DNA of 64,000 bases from Burkholderiales bacterium (lineage in GTDB: Bacteria > Pseudomonadota > Gammaproteobacteria > Burkholderiales > Burkholderiaceae_C): the NCBI GenBank assembly GCA_947381415.1, contig CANCVB010000011.1:3518-67517 (forward strand), in the 5' to 3' direction. Both the position numbers and the translations under genes were made by a program. The stretch's first letter is position 1, and every line of letters starts with the position of its first letter. This document shows, in pieces, positions 54,124 through 64,000 of this stretch. The notes under the pieces are model-generated. The model did not search any database. It had not been told where the DNA came from and worked only from the letters and a program-made list of their open reading frames with translations.

Positions 54124-54434
54124 CCCCATCTTTGCGCACAGAACAAGCCCTTGCAGCTTTTCAACAGCTGCAGCGCCAAGCCCATGCGCCTTGGCGTTTG
54201 CAAGAAAACGCCTTGGAAGTTGAATGGATGTTCAACGATTTCCGGCAAGCCATGGCGTTCATGAACGCGGTGGCCGAGGTGGCTGAGCGCATGAACCACC
54301 ACCCCGAGTGGACCAATGTGTACAGCCGCGTCACTGTGCGCTTGACCACCCATGACGCGGGGGGCCTGACTGCGCTGGATTTTGAATTGGCGCAGGCGAT
54401 GGAGGCTTTGGCCATTACCGCTTCACAGAGTTAA
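54120..54434 (+). CDS. Pterin-4-alpha-carbinolamine dehydratase
   Basis: AERMNHHPEW, TTHDAGGLT motifs. Confidence 0.92.
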   Translation: MTPSLRTEQALAAFQQLQRQAHAPWRLQENALEVEWMFNDFRQAMAFMNAVAEVAERMNHHPEWTNVYSRVTVRLTTHDAGGLTALDFELAQAMEALAITASQS

Positions 54435-54452
54435 CGCCTAAGGCTCTGGGGC

Positions 54453-54680
54453 ATGAGTCGCGTGGTTCAAATCAAAGTCAAACCCCAGTCGCGGGTAAGT
54501 ACCCTCAGCCAAACCGAGGACGGCAGTTGGTTGGCACAGATCAAATCGCTGCCGGTGGACGGCAAAGCCAATGAAGAATTGATCGCTTTGGTGGCCAAGC
54601 AGTTTGGCTGCGCCAAGTCCCGGGTCAGCATCAAAAGCGGGGCAACTTCGAAAACCAAGCGAGTCCTGATCGAGGACTGA
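54453..54680 (+). CDS. DUF167/YggU family protein
   Basis: VKVKP, PVDGKAN, SGATSKTK motifs. Confidence 0.88.
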   Translation: MSRVVQIKVKPQSRVSTLSQTEDGSWLAQIKSLPVDGKANEELIALVAKQFGCAKSRVSIKSGATSKTKRVLIED

Positions 54681-54681
54681 C

Positions 54682-55209
54682 TTAGCTTGCAGCGCCGCGT
54701 TGGTCGAAAAACGCCAACAACTCGTGCAAAGCATGGGCCAAGGTGGCTTGGCGCACAGCGGCGCGGTCGCCTTCAAAGCGGCAGGTTTGGACTTTCACCC
54801 ATGCGGTTTCAGCGCCCACGCTGGGGCCGCCGTCGGTGGGCATTCCCCAGGCAAAACACACCGTGCCCACGGGTTTGTTGGCGCTGCCGCCCGTGGGGCC
54901 AGCAATACCCGTCACGGCTATCGCCACCTGCGCTTGCGAGGCGGTCAAGGCACCCCGCACCATGGCCTTTGCGACTTCTTCACTGACCGCGCCATGCTGT
55001 TCAATCAGCGCCTTTGGCACAGCCAGTAACTCGTGTTTGGCTTCGTTGCTGTAACTGACAAAGCCGCGTTCAAACCATTGGCTGGAGCCGGCCAAGTCGG
55101 TGCACGCCGCGGCGATCATGCCGCCGGTGCAACTCTCTGCGGTGGCGAGCATCCAGCCGCGGCGCAGCAAATGGGCCGCCAAGGCAGAGACGTCACGCTC
55201 AATACTCAT
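54682..55209 (-). CDS. CinA C-terminal/PncC family amidohydrolase
   Basis: ATAESCTGG, YSNEAK, GAVSEEV, TGIAGP motifs. Confidence 0.92.
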   Translation of the reverse strand: MSIERDVSALAAHLLRRGWMLATAESCTGGMIAAACTDLAGSSQWFERGFVSYSNEAKHELLAVPKALIEQHGAVSEEVAKAMVRGALTASQAQVAIAVTGIAGPTGGSANKPVGTVCFAWGMPTDGGPSVGAETAWVKVQTCRFEGDRAAVRQATLAHALHELLAFFDQRGAAS

Positions 55210-55724
55210 TGGGTCACCTGCCACAAAGCCAAGGTCAACAAGGTGCAAAACGCAGCCACCACATCGTCAAACATGATGCCAAAACCGCCACGCCAACCTT
55301 GGCCATGGAATGCCTGATCGGCCCAGCCCACAGGGCCTGGCTTGAGGGCATCAAACAAGCGAAACAATACAAATGCGACGAACTGCCCGCCCAAACTGGC
55401 CGGCGTCCAAACCAGCAACACCAACCAAAACGCGGCAACCTCGTCCCACACGATGGCACTGGGGTCGTTGACCTGCATGTGGTCAGCCGTGACGGTACAT
55501 GCCCACCAACCCACAGGCAAAGAGACGGCGACCACCCAAGCCAACTGTGTGGTGTCCAGCCAATAGGCCATCAACAGATAGGCCGCCCAAGCCCATAAAG
55601 TACCTACTGTGCCCGGCGCCCAAGGACTCAAGCCTGAGCCAAAACCCATGGCCAGCACATGCGCGGGGTGGGTGCGCATGAACAATGAAGCTTGCCGAGC
55701 GGCGGGGAAAGACATGGCTGCCAT
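55206..55724 (-). CDS. pgpA: Phosphatidylglycerophosphatase A
   Basis: GSGLSPWAPGT, DPSAIVWDEV, FRLFDALKP motifs. Confidence 0.93.
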   Translation of the reverse strand: MAAMSFPAARQASLFMRTHPAHVLAMGFGSGLSPWAPGTVGTLWAWAAYLLMAYWLDTTQLAWVVAVSLPVGWWACTVTADHMQVNDPSAIVWDEVAAFWLVLLVWTPASLGGQFVAFVLFRLFDALKPGPVGWADQAFHGQGWRGGFGIMFDDVVAAFCTLLTLALWQVTQ

Positions 55725-55725
55725 C

Positions 55726-56691
55726 TTAATGGCCGAAATGCTCAAAGCTGGCAAAGCGCCGAGACAAGGGCACGCCTTGCAAATCCAGTACCTGCACACC
55801 GGCCACCGGGGTGATGCGGCCAATGCAGGTGACGCTCACACCACATTGCTCGCCCGCGTCTAACACCTCGTCGGCCTGATCGGGCGGGGCAGTGAACAAC
55901 AGTTCGTAATCGTCGCCACCGGCCAAGGCAAAGTCCAAGCGTTTGTTAAACGCCACCGACTGCATCGCATCGCTGATGGCCGCGCTGTCTTGCACCCAAG
56001 CGGTTTCAATCACCGCACCCACTTTGGCGCGCTGCAAGATGTGGCCAAGGTCGCCCAACAAACCATCGCTGATGTCGATGGCGGCATTGGCCACGCCGCG
56101 CAATGCCACGCCCAACTCCACCCGTGGCGTGGGCTTGTCCATGCGCTGCCTGGCCGCTTCAAAATGCGCGCTGTCCAAGGCCAACTGGCCGCGAAACACC
56201 TCCAAGGCCATACGCGCGTCACCCACCGTGCCGCTGATGTAAATATCGTCGCCCACTTGGGCGTGCTGGCGCAACAAAGCGTCGCCCGGTGGCACTTCGC
56301 CCAACACCGTGATGCAAATGTTCAAAGGCCCTTGGGTGGTGTCGCCACCGATCAGTTCACAGCCATGCGCATCCGCCAACGCCCATAAACCCTTGGAAAA
56401 ACCACTCAACCACTGCTCGTCGATCGAGGGCAAGGCCAACGCCAAAGTGAAAGCCAAAGGCTTGGCGCCACACGCGGCCAAGTCACTCAGATTGACCGCC
56501 AAGGCTTTGTGGCCCAAACCGGTTGCCGGGGTGGTGGACAAGAAATGCCGCCCTTGGACCAACATATCGCTGGACACGGCGAGTTGCATGCCCGGTTGCA
56601 CTTGCAGCAACGCGCAGTCGTCCCCCACACCCAGTACCGCGTGGCGTGGGGGCCGGGTGAAATAGCGGGCGATCAGGTCAAACTCACCCAT
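55726..56691 (-). CDS. thiL: Thiamine-monophosphate kinase
   Basis: GEFDLI, GVGDDCA, NLSDLAACGA, DISDG, GGDDYEL motifs. Confidence 0.95.
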   Translation of the reverse strand: MGEFDLIARYFTRPPRHAVLGVGDDCALLQVQPGMQLAVSSDMLVQGRHFLSTTPATGLGHKALAVNLSDLAACGAKPLAFTLALALPSIDEQWLSGFSKGLWALADAHGCELIGGDTTQGPLNICITVLGEVPPGDALLRQHAQVGDDIYISGTVGDARMALEVFRGQLALDSAHFEAARQRMDKPTPRVELGVALRGVANAAIDISDGLLGDLGHILQRAKVGAVIETAWVQDSAAISDAMQSVAFNKRLDFALAGGDDYELLFTAPPDQADEVLDAGEQCGVSVTCIGRITPVAGVQVLDLQGVPLSRRFASFEHFGH

Positions 56692-56696
56692 GCGGC

Positions 56697-57086
56697 TCAA
56701 TGCATTTGGCGCTTGCCGTTGCCGCTCAAGGCATCCAGCACAAACATGGGGATGTCGACATCAAATTTTTCACCGTCTTCGGCCACGCAAAAATAACTGC
56801 CATGCATGGTGCCAGTGGGTGTGCGAAGCCGAGTTCCGCTGGTGTACTCAAACACCTCGCCGGGCTGCAACAGCGGCTGGTACCCCACCACGCCCAAACC
56901 CTTGACCTTTTCATGCAAACCCTCGGCGTCGTTGATATGCCAGGTGCGGGCAATCACTTGTGCGCCAATGTCGCCGGTATTGCGGATCAGCACCGAGTAG
57001 GCGAAGGCGTAGATGCCGTCCTGTGGTGCAGATTGCTCGGGCAGGTAGTGGGGTGTGACTTCGACGCGGAGTTGGTAAGACGACAT
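56697..57086 (-). CDS. apaG: ApaG protein
   Basis: [22 protein letters not shown] motifs. Confidence 0.92.
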   Translation of the reverse strand: MSSYQLRVEVTPHYLPEQSAPQDGIYAFAYSVLIRNTGDIGAQVIARTWHINDAEGLHEKVKGLGVVGYQPLLQPGEVFEYTSGTRLRTPTGTMHGSYFCVAEDGEKFDVDIPMFVLDALSGNGKRQMH

Positions 57087-57147
57087 AGGCAACGGGAAAT
57101 TGGGGAAAGTTCAGCTTAAGCGGCATTCTGACACCATAATCACGCCC

Positions 57148-57828
57148 ATGACTACCACATACCGCATCGCCCCCTCCATTTTGTCCGCCGACTTTGCCCG
57201 CCTGGGTGAGGAGGTGAAAAACGTCATTGCCGCAGGCGCCGACTGGATTCACTTTGATGTGATGGACAACCACTATGTGCCCAACCTGACCTTTGGTCCC
57301 ATGGTGTGCCAAGCGCTCAAGCCCCATGCCAAAACCCCCGCAGGTGTGGCCGTGCCCATCGATGTGCACCTGATGGTGCAGCCCGTGGACGCCTTGGCCG
57401 CTTTGTTTGCCCAAGCCGGTGCCGACCTCATCAGCTTCCACCCCGACGCCAGCGCCCACGCCCACCGCAGCGTGCAGGCCATCAAGGCGGCCGGTTGCCA
57501 AGCGGGTGTGGTGTTCAACCCCGCCGAACCGCTGGATGTGCTGGACTGGCTGATGGACGACATCGACCTCATCCTCATCATGAGTGTCAACCCAGGTTTT
57601 GGTGGCCAAAGTTTCATCGACTCGGCGCTGCGCAAGGTCGAACACGCCCGCAAACGCATTGAGGCCAGTGGCCGCGATATTCGCCTGGAGGTCGATGGCG
57701 GCATCAAGCCTGACAATATTCGCCAAGTCGCCAACGCCGGTGCAGACACCTTTGTGGCGGGCAGCGCCATCTTTGGCAAGCCCGACTACAAAGCCGTCAT
57801 TGACCAAATGCGTGTGGCCTTGGCCTAA
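57148..57828 (+). CDS. rpe: Ribulose-phosphate 3-epimerase
   Basis: [32 protein letters not shown] motifs. Confidence 0.97.
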   Translation: MTTTYRIAPSILSADFARLGEEVKNVIAAGADWIHFDVMDNHYVPNLTFGPMVCQALKPHAKTPAGVAVPIDVHLMVQPVDALAALFAQAGADLISFHPDASAHAHRSVQAIKAAGCQAGVVFNPAEPLDVLDWLMDDIDLILIMSVNPGFGGQSFIDSALRKVEHARKRIEASGRDIRLEVDGGIKPDNIRQVANAGADTFVAGSAIFGKPDYKAVIDQMRVALA

Positions 57829-57844
57829 CTTTTTGAAAGCCCCT

Positions 57845-58342
57845 ATGTCCCTTCGAATCCATGGTTTGGCTCTCGCCGCTTCGCTGGCGCTGGTGACCAA
57901 CCTCGCCCAAGCCGTGTGTTTTGCCGACTCGCCCTTGACCCGTCCGGATGACCGTTACCAAGCGGTGGATGGCAGCAATGGTGCCGAAGTCAAAGACAGC
58001 CAAACCGGCTTGGTATGGCAGCGTTGCATGCACGGTCAGACCTGGGATGGCACCACCTGTTCGGGCAATGTGCTGCCCCAAGATTGGTCTGGCGCCAGCA
58101 AAACCGCCGCTGCCGCTAAACCTTGGCGCTTGCCCACCCAAGCCGAGTTAGAGGGTTTGATTGAGAAAAGCTGCAGCAAGCCCGCGTTGAACAACCACTG
58201 GTTTGGCACCGGACCCATGGGTTGGGTTTGGACCGCGACCGACATGGGCAGTCCAGATGGCGCGGTGGTGGTCAATACCGAATCAGGCTTGATCGCCAAC
58301 CTCATCAAAAAGCTGCCCCTGTACGTGCGCTGGGTACGTTAA
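57845..58342 (+). CDS. Secreted DUF1566/Lcl-domain protein
   Basis: Signal peptide; DSQTGLVWQRC, WRLPTQAEL, W.WTAT, YVRWVR pattern. Confidence 0.75.
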   Translation: MSLRIHGLALAASLALVTNLAQAVCFADSPLTRPDDRYQAVDGSNGAEVKDSQTGLVWQRCMHGQTWDGTTCSGNVLPQDWSGASKTAAAAKPWRLPTQAELEGLIEKSCSKPALNNHWFGTGPMGWVWTATDMGSPDGAVVVNTESGLIANLIKKLPLYVRWVR

Positions 58343-58363
58343 CCAACCCCCTGTTTGAAGCCT

Positions 58364-59062
58364 ATGCATCTACCCTCTTTACAAGCCCTCATGATCGACT
58401 TGGATGGCACCATGGTCGACACCATGGCCGACTTCGAAGCCGCACTGAATTTGGCCTTGGCTGACATCGACCTGCCCAAAGTGGACAAAAGTGTGGTCAA
58501 CATTGCCGTGGGCAAAGGCTCTGAACATTTGGTGCGAACCGTGTTGCAGCACCAGTTGACCCTGCCCGAAGTCACAGCCAGTGGCCTGGTGTGCGACAAC
58601 ACCACGGTAGAGACACTTTATGAGCCGGCTTTTTTGCGCTACCAGCACCACTATGGCCGCGTCAATGGCCAGCATGCGCAGGTCTACGCGGGGGTATTGC
58701 AGGGCTTGCAGGCTTTTCAGGCCAAAGGCCTGCCCATGGCTTGCCTGACCAACAAACCCACGGCCTTTGCCAAAGACCTGTTGGCCCGCAAAGGCTTGGA
58801 GGGTTTTTTTGCGCATGTCTACGGTGGCGACGCTTTCTCTCTCAAAAAACCCGACCCCATGCCACTGTTGGAAACCTGCAAAGCCTTGGGCATCGTGCCG
58901 TCCCAAACCTTGATGCTGGGTGACTCGCAAAACGACGCCCAAGCGGCGCGGGCGGCGGGCTGCCCTGTGGTGTTGGTCACCTATGGCTACAACCACGGCG
59001 AACCCATCCGCGGCGTGGACTGCGATGGCTTCATTGACAGCTTCACCGAACTGCGTCTTTGA
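58364..59062 (+). CDS. gph: Phosphoglycolate phosphatase (HAD)
   Basis: DLDGTMVD, LTNKP, KKPDP, GDSQND motifs. Confidence 0.93.
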   Translation: MHLPSLQALMIDLDGTMVDTMADFEAALNLALADIDLPKVDKSVVNIAVGKGSEHLVRTVLQHQLTLPEVTASGLVCDNTTVETLYEPAFLRYQHHYGRVNGQHAQVYAGVLQGLQAFQAKGLPMACLTNKPTAFAKDLLARKGLEGFFAHVYGGDAFSLKKPDPMPLLETCKALGIVPSQTLMLGDSQNDAQAARAAGCPVVLVTYGYNHGEPIRGVDCDGFIDSFTELRL

Positions 59063-59095
59063 GCGCCTGCAGGCGCATTTGATACACTTTCTGAC

Positions 59096-59191
59096 ATGTT
59101 TATCCATCTCAACACCCTCACAGGTTGCAACGACCGGGGAGCTTGGCCTTGGCGTCGCCAGCCCTGCTCGGCAGTGTTGGTGTTGGCTTAA
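59096..59191 (+). CDS. Candidate trp leader peptide, 31 aa (MFIHLNTLTGCNDRGAWPWRRQPCSAVLVLA)
   Basis: Translated by hand; W-P-W codons; ends 92 nt upstream of trpE. Confidence 0.5.
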   Translation: MFIHLNTLTGCNDRGAWPWRRQPCSAVLVLA

Positions 59192-59283
59192 ACCCTTTAC
59201 TGCCTCCTTCTCTTGCGCCTTGCTTGGCGCCCTCGTTTCAATTTAATAGCCCAGATGGGCCGAGCTGTGGAGGCTCAGGTGTC

Positions 59284-60780
59284 ATGACAGAAACCGAATT
59301 CAATCAACTCGCTCAGCAAGGCTTTAACCGCATTCCTTTGATGCTGGAAGCCTTTGCAGATTTGGAAACCCCGCTCTCGCTCTACCTGAAGCTGGCGTTC
59401 CACCAAGACGGCGGCAAACACAGTTTTTTGCTGGAGTCGGTGGTGGGTGGCGAGCGCTTTGGCCGCTACAGTTTCATTGGTCTGCCCGCGCGCACCTTGC
59501 TGCGCGCCAAGGGTTTTGGACAGGCCGCCCACACCGAGGTGGTGACCGACGGCGTGGTGGTGGAAACCCACCATGGTAATCCGCTGGATTTCATCGCCCG
59601 TTACCAAGCCCGTTTCAAGGTGGCGCTGCGCGCGGGCATGCCACGGTTTTGTGGCGGCTTGGCGGGTTATTTTGGCTATGACACGGTGCGCCATATTGAG
59701 AAGAAATTGGTGCATACCTGCCCGCCCGACACCTTGGGCTGCCCCGACATCTTGCTGTTGCAAACCGAAGAATTGGCGGTGATCGACAACCTGTCGGGCA
59801 AGCTGAGCCTGCTGGTGTATGTGGACCCTGCACTGGCGCAGGCTTACGAGCATGGTCAGCAACGATTGCAACAACTCAAAGACATGCTCAAGCGCTCAGT
59901 GCTGGCACCTGAACTCAAGCCTTCGCAGGCCCACCCCGCCGAGCGTCAATTCGACAAAGCCGATTATGTGAGCGCGGTCGAGCGCGCCAAACGCTTGATT
60001 GAAGCGGGCGATTTCATGCAGGTGCAAGTGGGGCAGCGCATTCAAAAGCGGTTTACCCAAAGCCCGCTCTCGCTTTACCGTGCGCTGCGCTCTTTGAACC
60101 CCAGCCCCTATATGTACTACTACCACATGGGCGATTTCCATGTGGTGGGTGCCTCGCCTGAAATTTTGGTGCGGCAAGAAACCACGCCCGAGGGCAACAA
60201 GGTCACCATTCGTCCGCTGGCGGGTACGCGTCCCCGAGGTGCAAGCCCCGAGGCCGACCTGGCCACCGAGCACGAACTCATCAACGATCCCAAAGAGCGC
60301 GCCGAGCATGTGATGCTGATTGACTTGGCGCGCAACGACATTGGCCGCATCGCCAAAACCGGCACGGTGAAGGTGACCGAGGCCTTTGCGGTGGAACGCT
60401 ATAGCCATGTGATGCACATCGTCAGCAATGTCGAGGGGGTGCTCCAAGACGGCATGAGCAGCATGGACGTGCTGCGCGCCACCTTTCCAGCCGGCACGCT
60501 CACGGGTGCGCCCAAGGTGCACGCCATGGAACTCATTGACCAACTCGAACCCGTCAAGCGCGGCATTTACGGCGGTGCGTGTGGCTACCTCAGTTTTGCG
60601 GGCGACATGGACGTGGCCATCGCGATTCGCACCGGCATCGTCAAGGACGACACCTTGTACGTGCAGGCGGCTGCGGGTGTGGTGGCCGACTCCATCCCCG
60701 AGATGGAGTGGCGCGAAACCGAGCACAAGGCGCGGGCGTTGCTCAGGGCCAGCGAGTTGGTGGAGGAGGGCTTGGAATGA
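59284..60780 (+). CDS. trpE: Anthranilate synthase component I
   Basis: [35 protein letters not shown] motifs. Confidence 0.96.
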   Translation: MTETEFNQLAQQGFNRIPLMLEAFADLETPLSLYLKLAFHQDGGKHSFLLESVVGGERFGRYSFIGLPARTLLRAKGFGQAAHTEVVTDGVVVETHHGNPLDFIARYQARFKVALRAGMPRFCGGLAGYFGYDTVRHIEKKLVHTCPPDTLGCPDILLLQTEELAVIDNLSGKLSLLVYVDPALAQAYEHGQQRLQQLKDMLKRSVLAPELKPSQAHPAERQFDKADYVSAVERAKRLIEAGDFMQVQVGQRIQKRFTQSPLSLYRALRSLNPSPYMYYYHMGDFHVVGASPEILVRQETTPEGNKVTIRPLAGTRPRGASPEADLATEHELINDPKERAEHVMLIDLARNDIGRIAKTGTVKVTEAFAVERYSHVMHIVSNVEGVLQDGMSSMDVLRATFPAGTLTGAPKVHAMELIDQLEPVKRGIYGGACGYLSFAGDMDVAIAIRTGIVKDDTLYVQAAAGVVADSIPEMEWRETEHKARALLRASELVEEGLE

Positions 60781-61349
60781 AACTCCTCATGATCGACAAC
60801 TACGACAGCTTCACCTACAACCTGGTGCAGTACTTTGGCGAGCTGGGGGCCGAGGTGCTGGTGCACCGCAACGATGAAATCACCCTGGCCGAAATGGAGG
60901 GCTTGCAGCCCAGCCATTTGGTGGTGTCACCTGGCCCTTGCTCCCCAGCCGAAGCAGGTATTTCGGTGGCAGCCATTCGTCATTTCGCGGGCAAGCTGCC
61001 CATTTTGGGTGTGTGCCTGGGCCACCAAAGCATTGGCGCGGCCTTTGGTGGGCGCATCATTCGCGCGCAACAACTCATGCATGGCAAAACCAGCGTCATC
61101 CACACCACCCAGCAAGGGGTGTTTGCCAATTTGCCGCAGGCCTACACGGTCAACCGCTACCACTCGCTGGCCATCGAACGCAGTTCTTGCCCGCCCGAGT
61201 TGGAAGTCACGGCTTGGACCGAGGACGGCGAGATCATGGGCGTGCGCCACCGCAGCCTGGCCATCGAAGGCGTGCAATTCCACCCCGAGTCCATCCTCAC
61301 CGAGCATGGTCACGCTTTGTTGCGCAACTTTTTAAGGCCATCCGCATGA
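60777..61349 (+). CDS. trpG: Anthranilate synthase component II
   Basis: [21 protein letters not shown] motifs. Confidence 0.95.
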   Translation: MKLLMIDNYDSFTYNLVQYFGELGAEVLVHRNDEITLAEMEGLQPSHLVVSPGPCSPAEAGISVAAIRHFAGKLPILGVCLGHQSIGAAFGGRIIRAQQLMHGKTSVIHTTQQGVFANLPQAYTVNRYHSLAIERSSCPPELEVTAWTEDGEIMGVRHRSLAIEGVQFHPESILTEHGHALLRNFLRPSA

Positions 61350-62401
61350 AGCCCATCGATTTGCGCAGCGACACGGTCACACGCCCCACGCCAGGCATGC
61401 GCGAGGCCATGCTGAGCGCCCCTTTGGGTGATGATGTGTATGGTGACGATCCCACGGTGTTGGCCTTGCAAGCCCGCATCGCCCATTTGACGGGCAAGCA
61501 AGCCGCTTTGTTCATGCCCACTGGCACGCAAAGCAATCTGTGTGGCCTCATGGCCCATTGCGAACGCGGCGAAGAATACCTGGTGGGCCAGTTGGCCCAC
61601 ACCTACCGCTATGAAGCGGGCGGCGCGGCGGTGCTGGGCAGCATCCAGCCCCAGCCCTTGCCACAGGATGCGCAAGGGCAAATGGCCTTGTCAGACATCG
61701 CCACCGCCATCAAACCCGACGATGCGCACTTCGCCCGCACCCGTTTGCTGGCCTTGGAAAACACCTGGAATGGCCGACCCATGCCCATGGCGTATTTGCA
61801 AGAGGCCAGCGCCTTGGCACGCCAGCATGGCTTGGCGCTGCATCTGGACGGTGCGCGGGTGTTCAACGCCGCGGTTGCGCAGGCCAGCGACTTGGGCACC
61901 GATGTCTGGACCGAGTTGCGTGCCATCACCGACTTGTTTGACAGTGTGTCGGTGTGTTTCAGCAAAGGACTGGGCGCGCCGGTGGGCTCGGCCTTGTGTG
62001 GTTCGCAGGCCTTCATTCAAAAAGCCCACCGCCACCGGAAAATGCTGGGCGGGGGCATGCGTCAGTCTGGCGTGCTGGCCGGTGCCGCGCTGTACGCGCT
62101 GGACCATCATGTGCAGCGCCTGGGCGATGACCATGCCTTGGCGCTGCGTTTGGCCCAGGGCTTGCAAGGCCTGCCAGGGCTCTCGGTGCGGTCGGCGAAT
62201 ACCAATATTGTGTTTGTCGATGTCAGCGAGGACAGAGGGCCGGCACTGCTGGCGCATCTGCGGCAAGACGGCGTGTTGGCCACGGGTTTGATTGGCTTGC
62301 GCTTTGTCACCCACTTGGACGTTGATGCCGACGACATTGACCACACGGTGGACAGTGTGCGGCGGTTTTTCCAGGCCGCCCCTGAATTGGAGATTTCATG
62401 A
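61346..62401 (+). CDS. ltaE: Low-specificity L-threonine aldolase
   Basis: [23 protein letters not shown] motifs. Confidence 0.93.
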   Translation: MKPIDLRSDTVTRPTPGMREAMLSAPLGDDVYGDDPTVLALQARIAHLTGKQAALFMPTGTQSNLCGLMAHCERGEEYLVGQLAHTYRYEAGGAAVLGSIQPQPLPQDAQGQMALSDIATAIKPDDAHFARTRLLALENTWNGRPMPMAYLQEASALARQHGLALHLDGARVFNAAVAQASDLGTDVWTELRAITDLFDSVSVCFSKGLGAPVGSALCGSQAFIQKAHRHRKMLGGGMRQSGVLAGAALYALDHHVQRLGDDHALALRLAQGLQGLPGLSVRSANTNIVFVDVSEDRGPALLAHLRQDGVLATGLIGLRFVTHLDVDADDIDHTVDSVRRFFQAAPELEIS

Positions 62402-63435
62402 CCAGCATCACCCCCACCGAAGCCCTGCAACGCACCATTGAGCATCGTGAAATTTTTCACGACGAAATGTTGCACCTGATGCGCATGATCATGAAGGGTG
62501 AGATCACGCCGCTGATGACGGCCGCCATCCTCACGGGCTTGCGCGTGAAAAAAGAAACCATTGGTGAAATCACTGCGGCCGCGCAGGTCATGCGCGAGTT
62601 CTCCACCAAGGTAGAGGTTGCCGACACCACCCATTTGGTCGACATCGTGGGCACGGGGGGTGACGGCGCCAACACATTCAATATTTCCACCTGCGCCATG
62701 TTCGTGGCGGCGGCGGCGGGCGCCCGCGTGAGCAAACACGGCGGGCGCAGTGTCAGCAGCAAAAGTGGCAGTGCCGATGTGCTGGAGAGTCTGGGTGTGC
62801 ACATCAATCTCAGCCCTGCGCACATCGCCCAAGCCATCGCGCAAGTGGGCGTGGGCTTCATGTTCGCGCCCAACCACCACCCGGCCATGAAAAACGTGGC
62901 CCCTGTGCGCAAAGAACTCGGTGTGCGCACCCTGTTCAATATCTTGGGACCCCTCACCAATCCAGCCAATGCACCGCATATTTTGATGGGCGTGTTCCAC
63001 CCCGATCTGGTGGGCATTCAAATCCGCGCCTTGCAGCGCCTGGGCGCCGAGCATGCGCTGGTCGTTCATGGCCGAGACGGCATGGACGAAGTGAGTTTGG
63101 GGGCGGCCACCTTGGTGGGCGAGTTGAAAAACGGTGAAATCACCGAATATGAAATTCACCCCGAGGACTTTGGCCTCACCATGGCCAGTCACCGCGCCCT
63201 GCGGGTGGACACGCCCGAGCAGTCGCGCGACATGGTGTTGGCTGTGCTGGACAACCATGCAGGTGCGCCGCGTGACATCGTGGCCTTGAACGCGGGCGTG
63301 GCCTTGTACGCCGCCAATGTCGTGCCCACCATGGCTGAAGGCATCGCGCATGCCCAACGCGCGTTGGCCGATGGTTCAGCCAAGGCCAAGTTGGCACAAT
63401 TGACGCAATTCACCGTTCAACACGCTTCGGCGTGA
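62398..63435 (+). CDS. trpD: Anthranilate phosphoribosyltransferase
   Basis: [30 protein letters not shown] motifs. Confidence 0.96.
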   Translation: MTSITPTEALQRTIEHREIFHDEMLHLMRMIMKGEITPLMTAAILTGLRVKKETIGEITAAAQVMREFSTKVEVADTTHLVDIVGTGGDGANTFNISTCAMFVAAAAGARVSKHGGRSVSSKSGSADVLESLGVHINLSPAHIAQAIAQVGVGFMFAPNHHPAMKNVAPVRKELGVRTLFNILGPLTNPANAPHILMGVFHPDLVGIQIRALQRLGAEHALVVHGRDGMDEVSLGAATLVGELKNGEITEYEIHPEDFGLTMASHRALRVDTPEQSRDMVLAVLDNHAGAPRDIVALNAGVALYAANVVPTMAEGIAHAQRALADGSAKAKLAQLTQFTVQHASA

Positions 63436-63455
63436 CACACACAAAGGCCCTGCCC

Positions 63456-64000
63456 GTGAGCGACATCCTCAACAAAATCGTCCAAACCAAGCACGAGGAA
63501 GTGGCCTTGCGTCAACGCAAAATACCGCTTGAGGTGGTGCGTGCCGACGCAGAAAGCCGAGTGATGACGCGCGGCTTTGAAGCGGCCTTGCGTGCCAAGA
63601 TGGCCGCTGGACAGGCGGCCGTCATTGCCGAGGTGAAAAAAGCCAGCCCCTCCAAAGGCTTGTTGCGCGAAGACTTTATTCCCGCCGACATCGCGCAAAG
63701 TTACGCTTTTGGCGATGGCCAGGTGAATGCGGCCTGTTTGTCGGTTCTCACTGATCAGCAGTATTTCCAAGGCAGCGCCGATTACCTCAAGCAAGCCCGC
63801 GCCTCTTGCGGTTTGCCAGTGCTGCGCAAGGACTTCATGGTCGATCTCTACCAAATTTACGAGTCGCGCGCCATGGGCGCAGACTGTGTCTTGCTGATCG
63901 CTGCTTGTTTGGATGACGCCCAAATGGCTGAATTCGAGGCTGCCGCCCAGCGTTTAGACATGGCGGTCTTGGTCGAGGTGCACGACCGCGCCGAACTCGA
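63456..64000 (+). CDS. trpC: Indole-3-glycerol-phosphate synthase (3' part outside window)
   Basis: Hand translation MSDILNKIV...[12 protein letters not shown]...LRKDF. Confidence 0.93.
   Translation, partial: MSDILNKIVQTKHEEVALRQRKIPLEVVRADAESRVMTRGFEAALRAKMAAGQAAVIAEVKKASPSKGLLREDFIPADIAQSYAFGDGQVNAACLSVLTDQQYFQGSADYLKQARASCGLPVLRKDFMVDLYQIYESRAMGADCVLLIAACLDDAQMAEFEAAAQRLDMAVLVEVHDRAEL

Overview
Chromosomal window from a Burkholderiales (Comamonadaceae-like) betaproteobacterium. About 85% is housekeeping: tuf and the S10 ribosomal cluster, PTS genes, pnt, corA, hpf-ptsN-hprK, fur, bamE, dapB, leuS-lptE-holA-proA, gshA-kup-gshB, glcB, argS, lptAB-rpoN, thiL, rpe, gph and the trp genes. The exception is a ~10.5 kb accessory region between proA and gshA (27937-38525), with no integrase or transposase visible. 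Its right half holds a compact type IV-A-like CRISPR-Cas system on the minus strand: csf3/cas5, a short Csf1-like gene, a cas6e-like gene, csf2/cas7, and a DinG helicase with a C-terminal HNH nuclease. The operon is followed 9 bp later by an array of 10 repeats (36 nt) and 9 spacers (29-31 nt), with no cas1/cas2. The repeat geometry looks more like class 2 (II-C/VI-B) arrays than typical type IV-A arrays. Next to the array are a NYN/PIN-fold RNase gene with a divergent candidate small RNA, an unannotated 39-aa membrane peptide ORF, a diverged second copy of the proA 3' end, and a 35-bp direct repeat that brackets the CRISPR cassette. Smaller points of interest are a Trp-containing leader peptide before trpE, an inverted-domain photolyase and a palindromic operator for an HTH-WYL regulator. 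All calls come from reading motifs by eye; no database searches were run.
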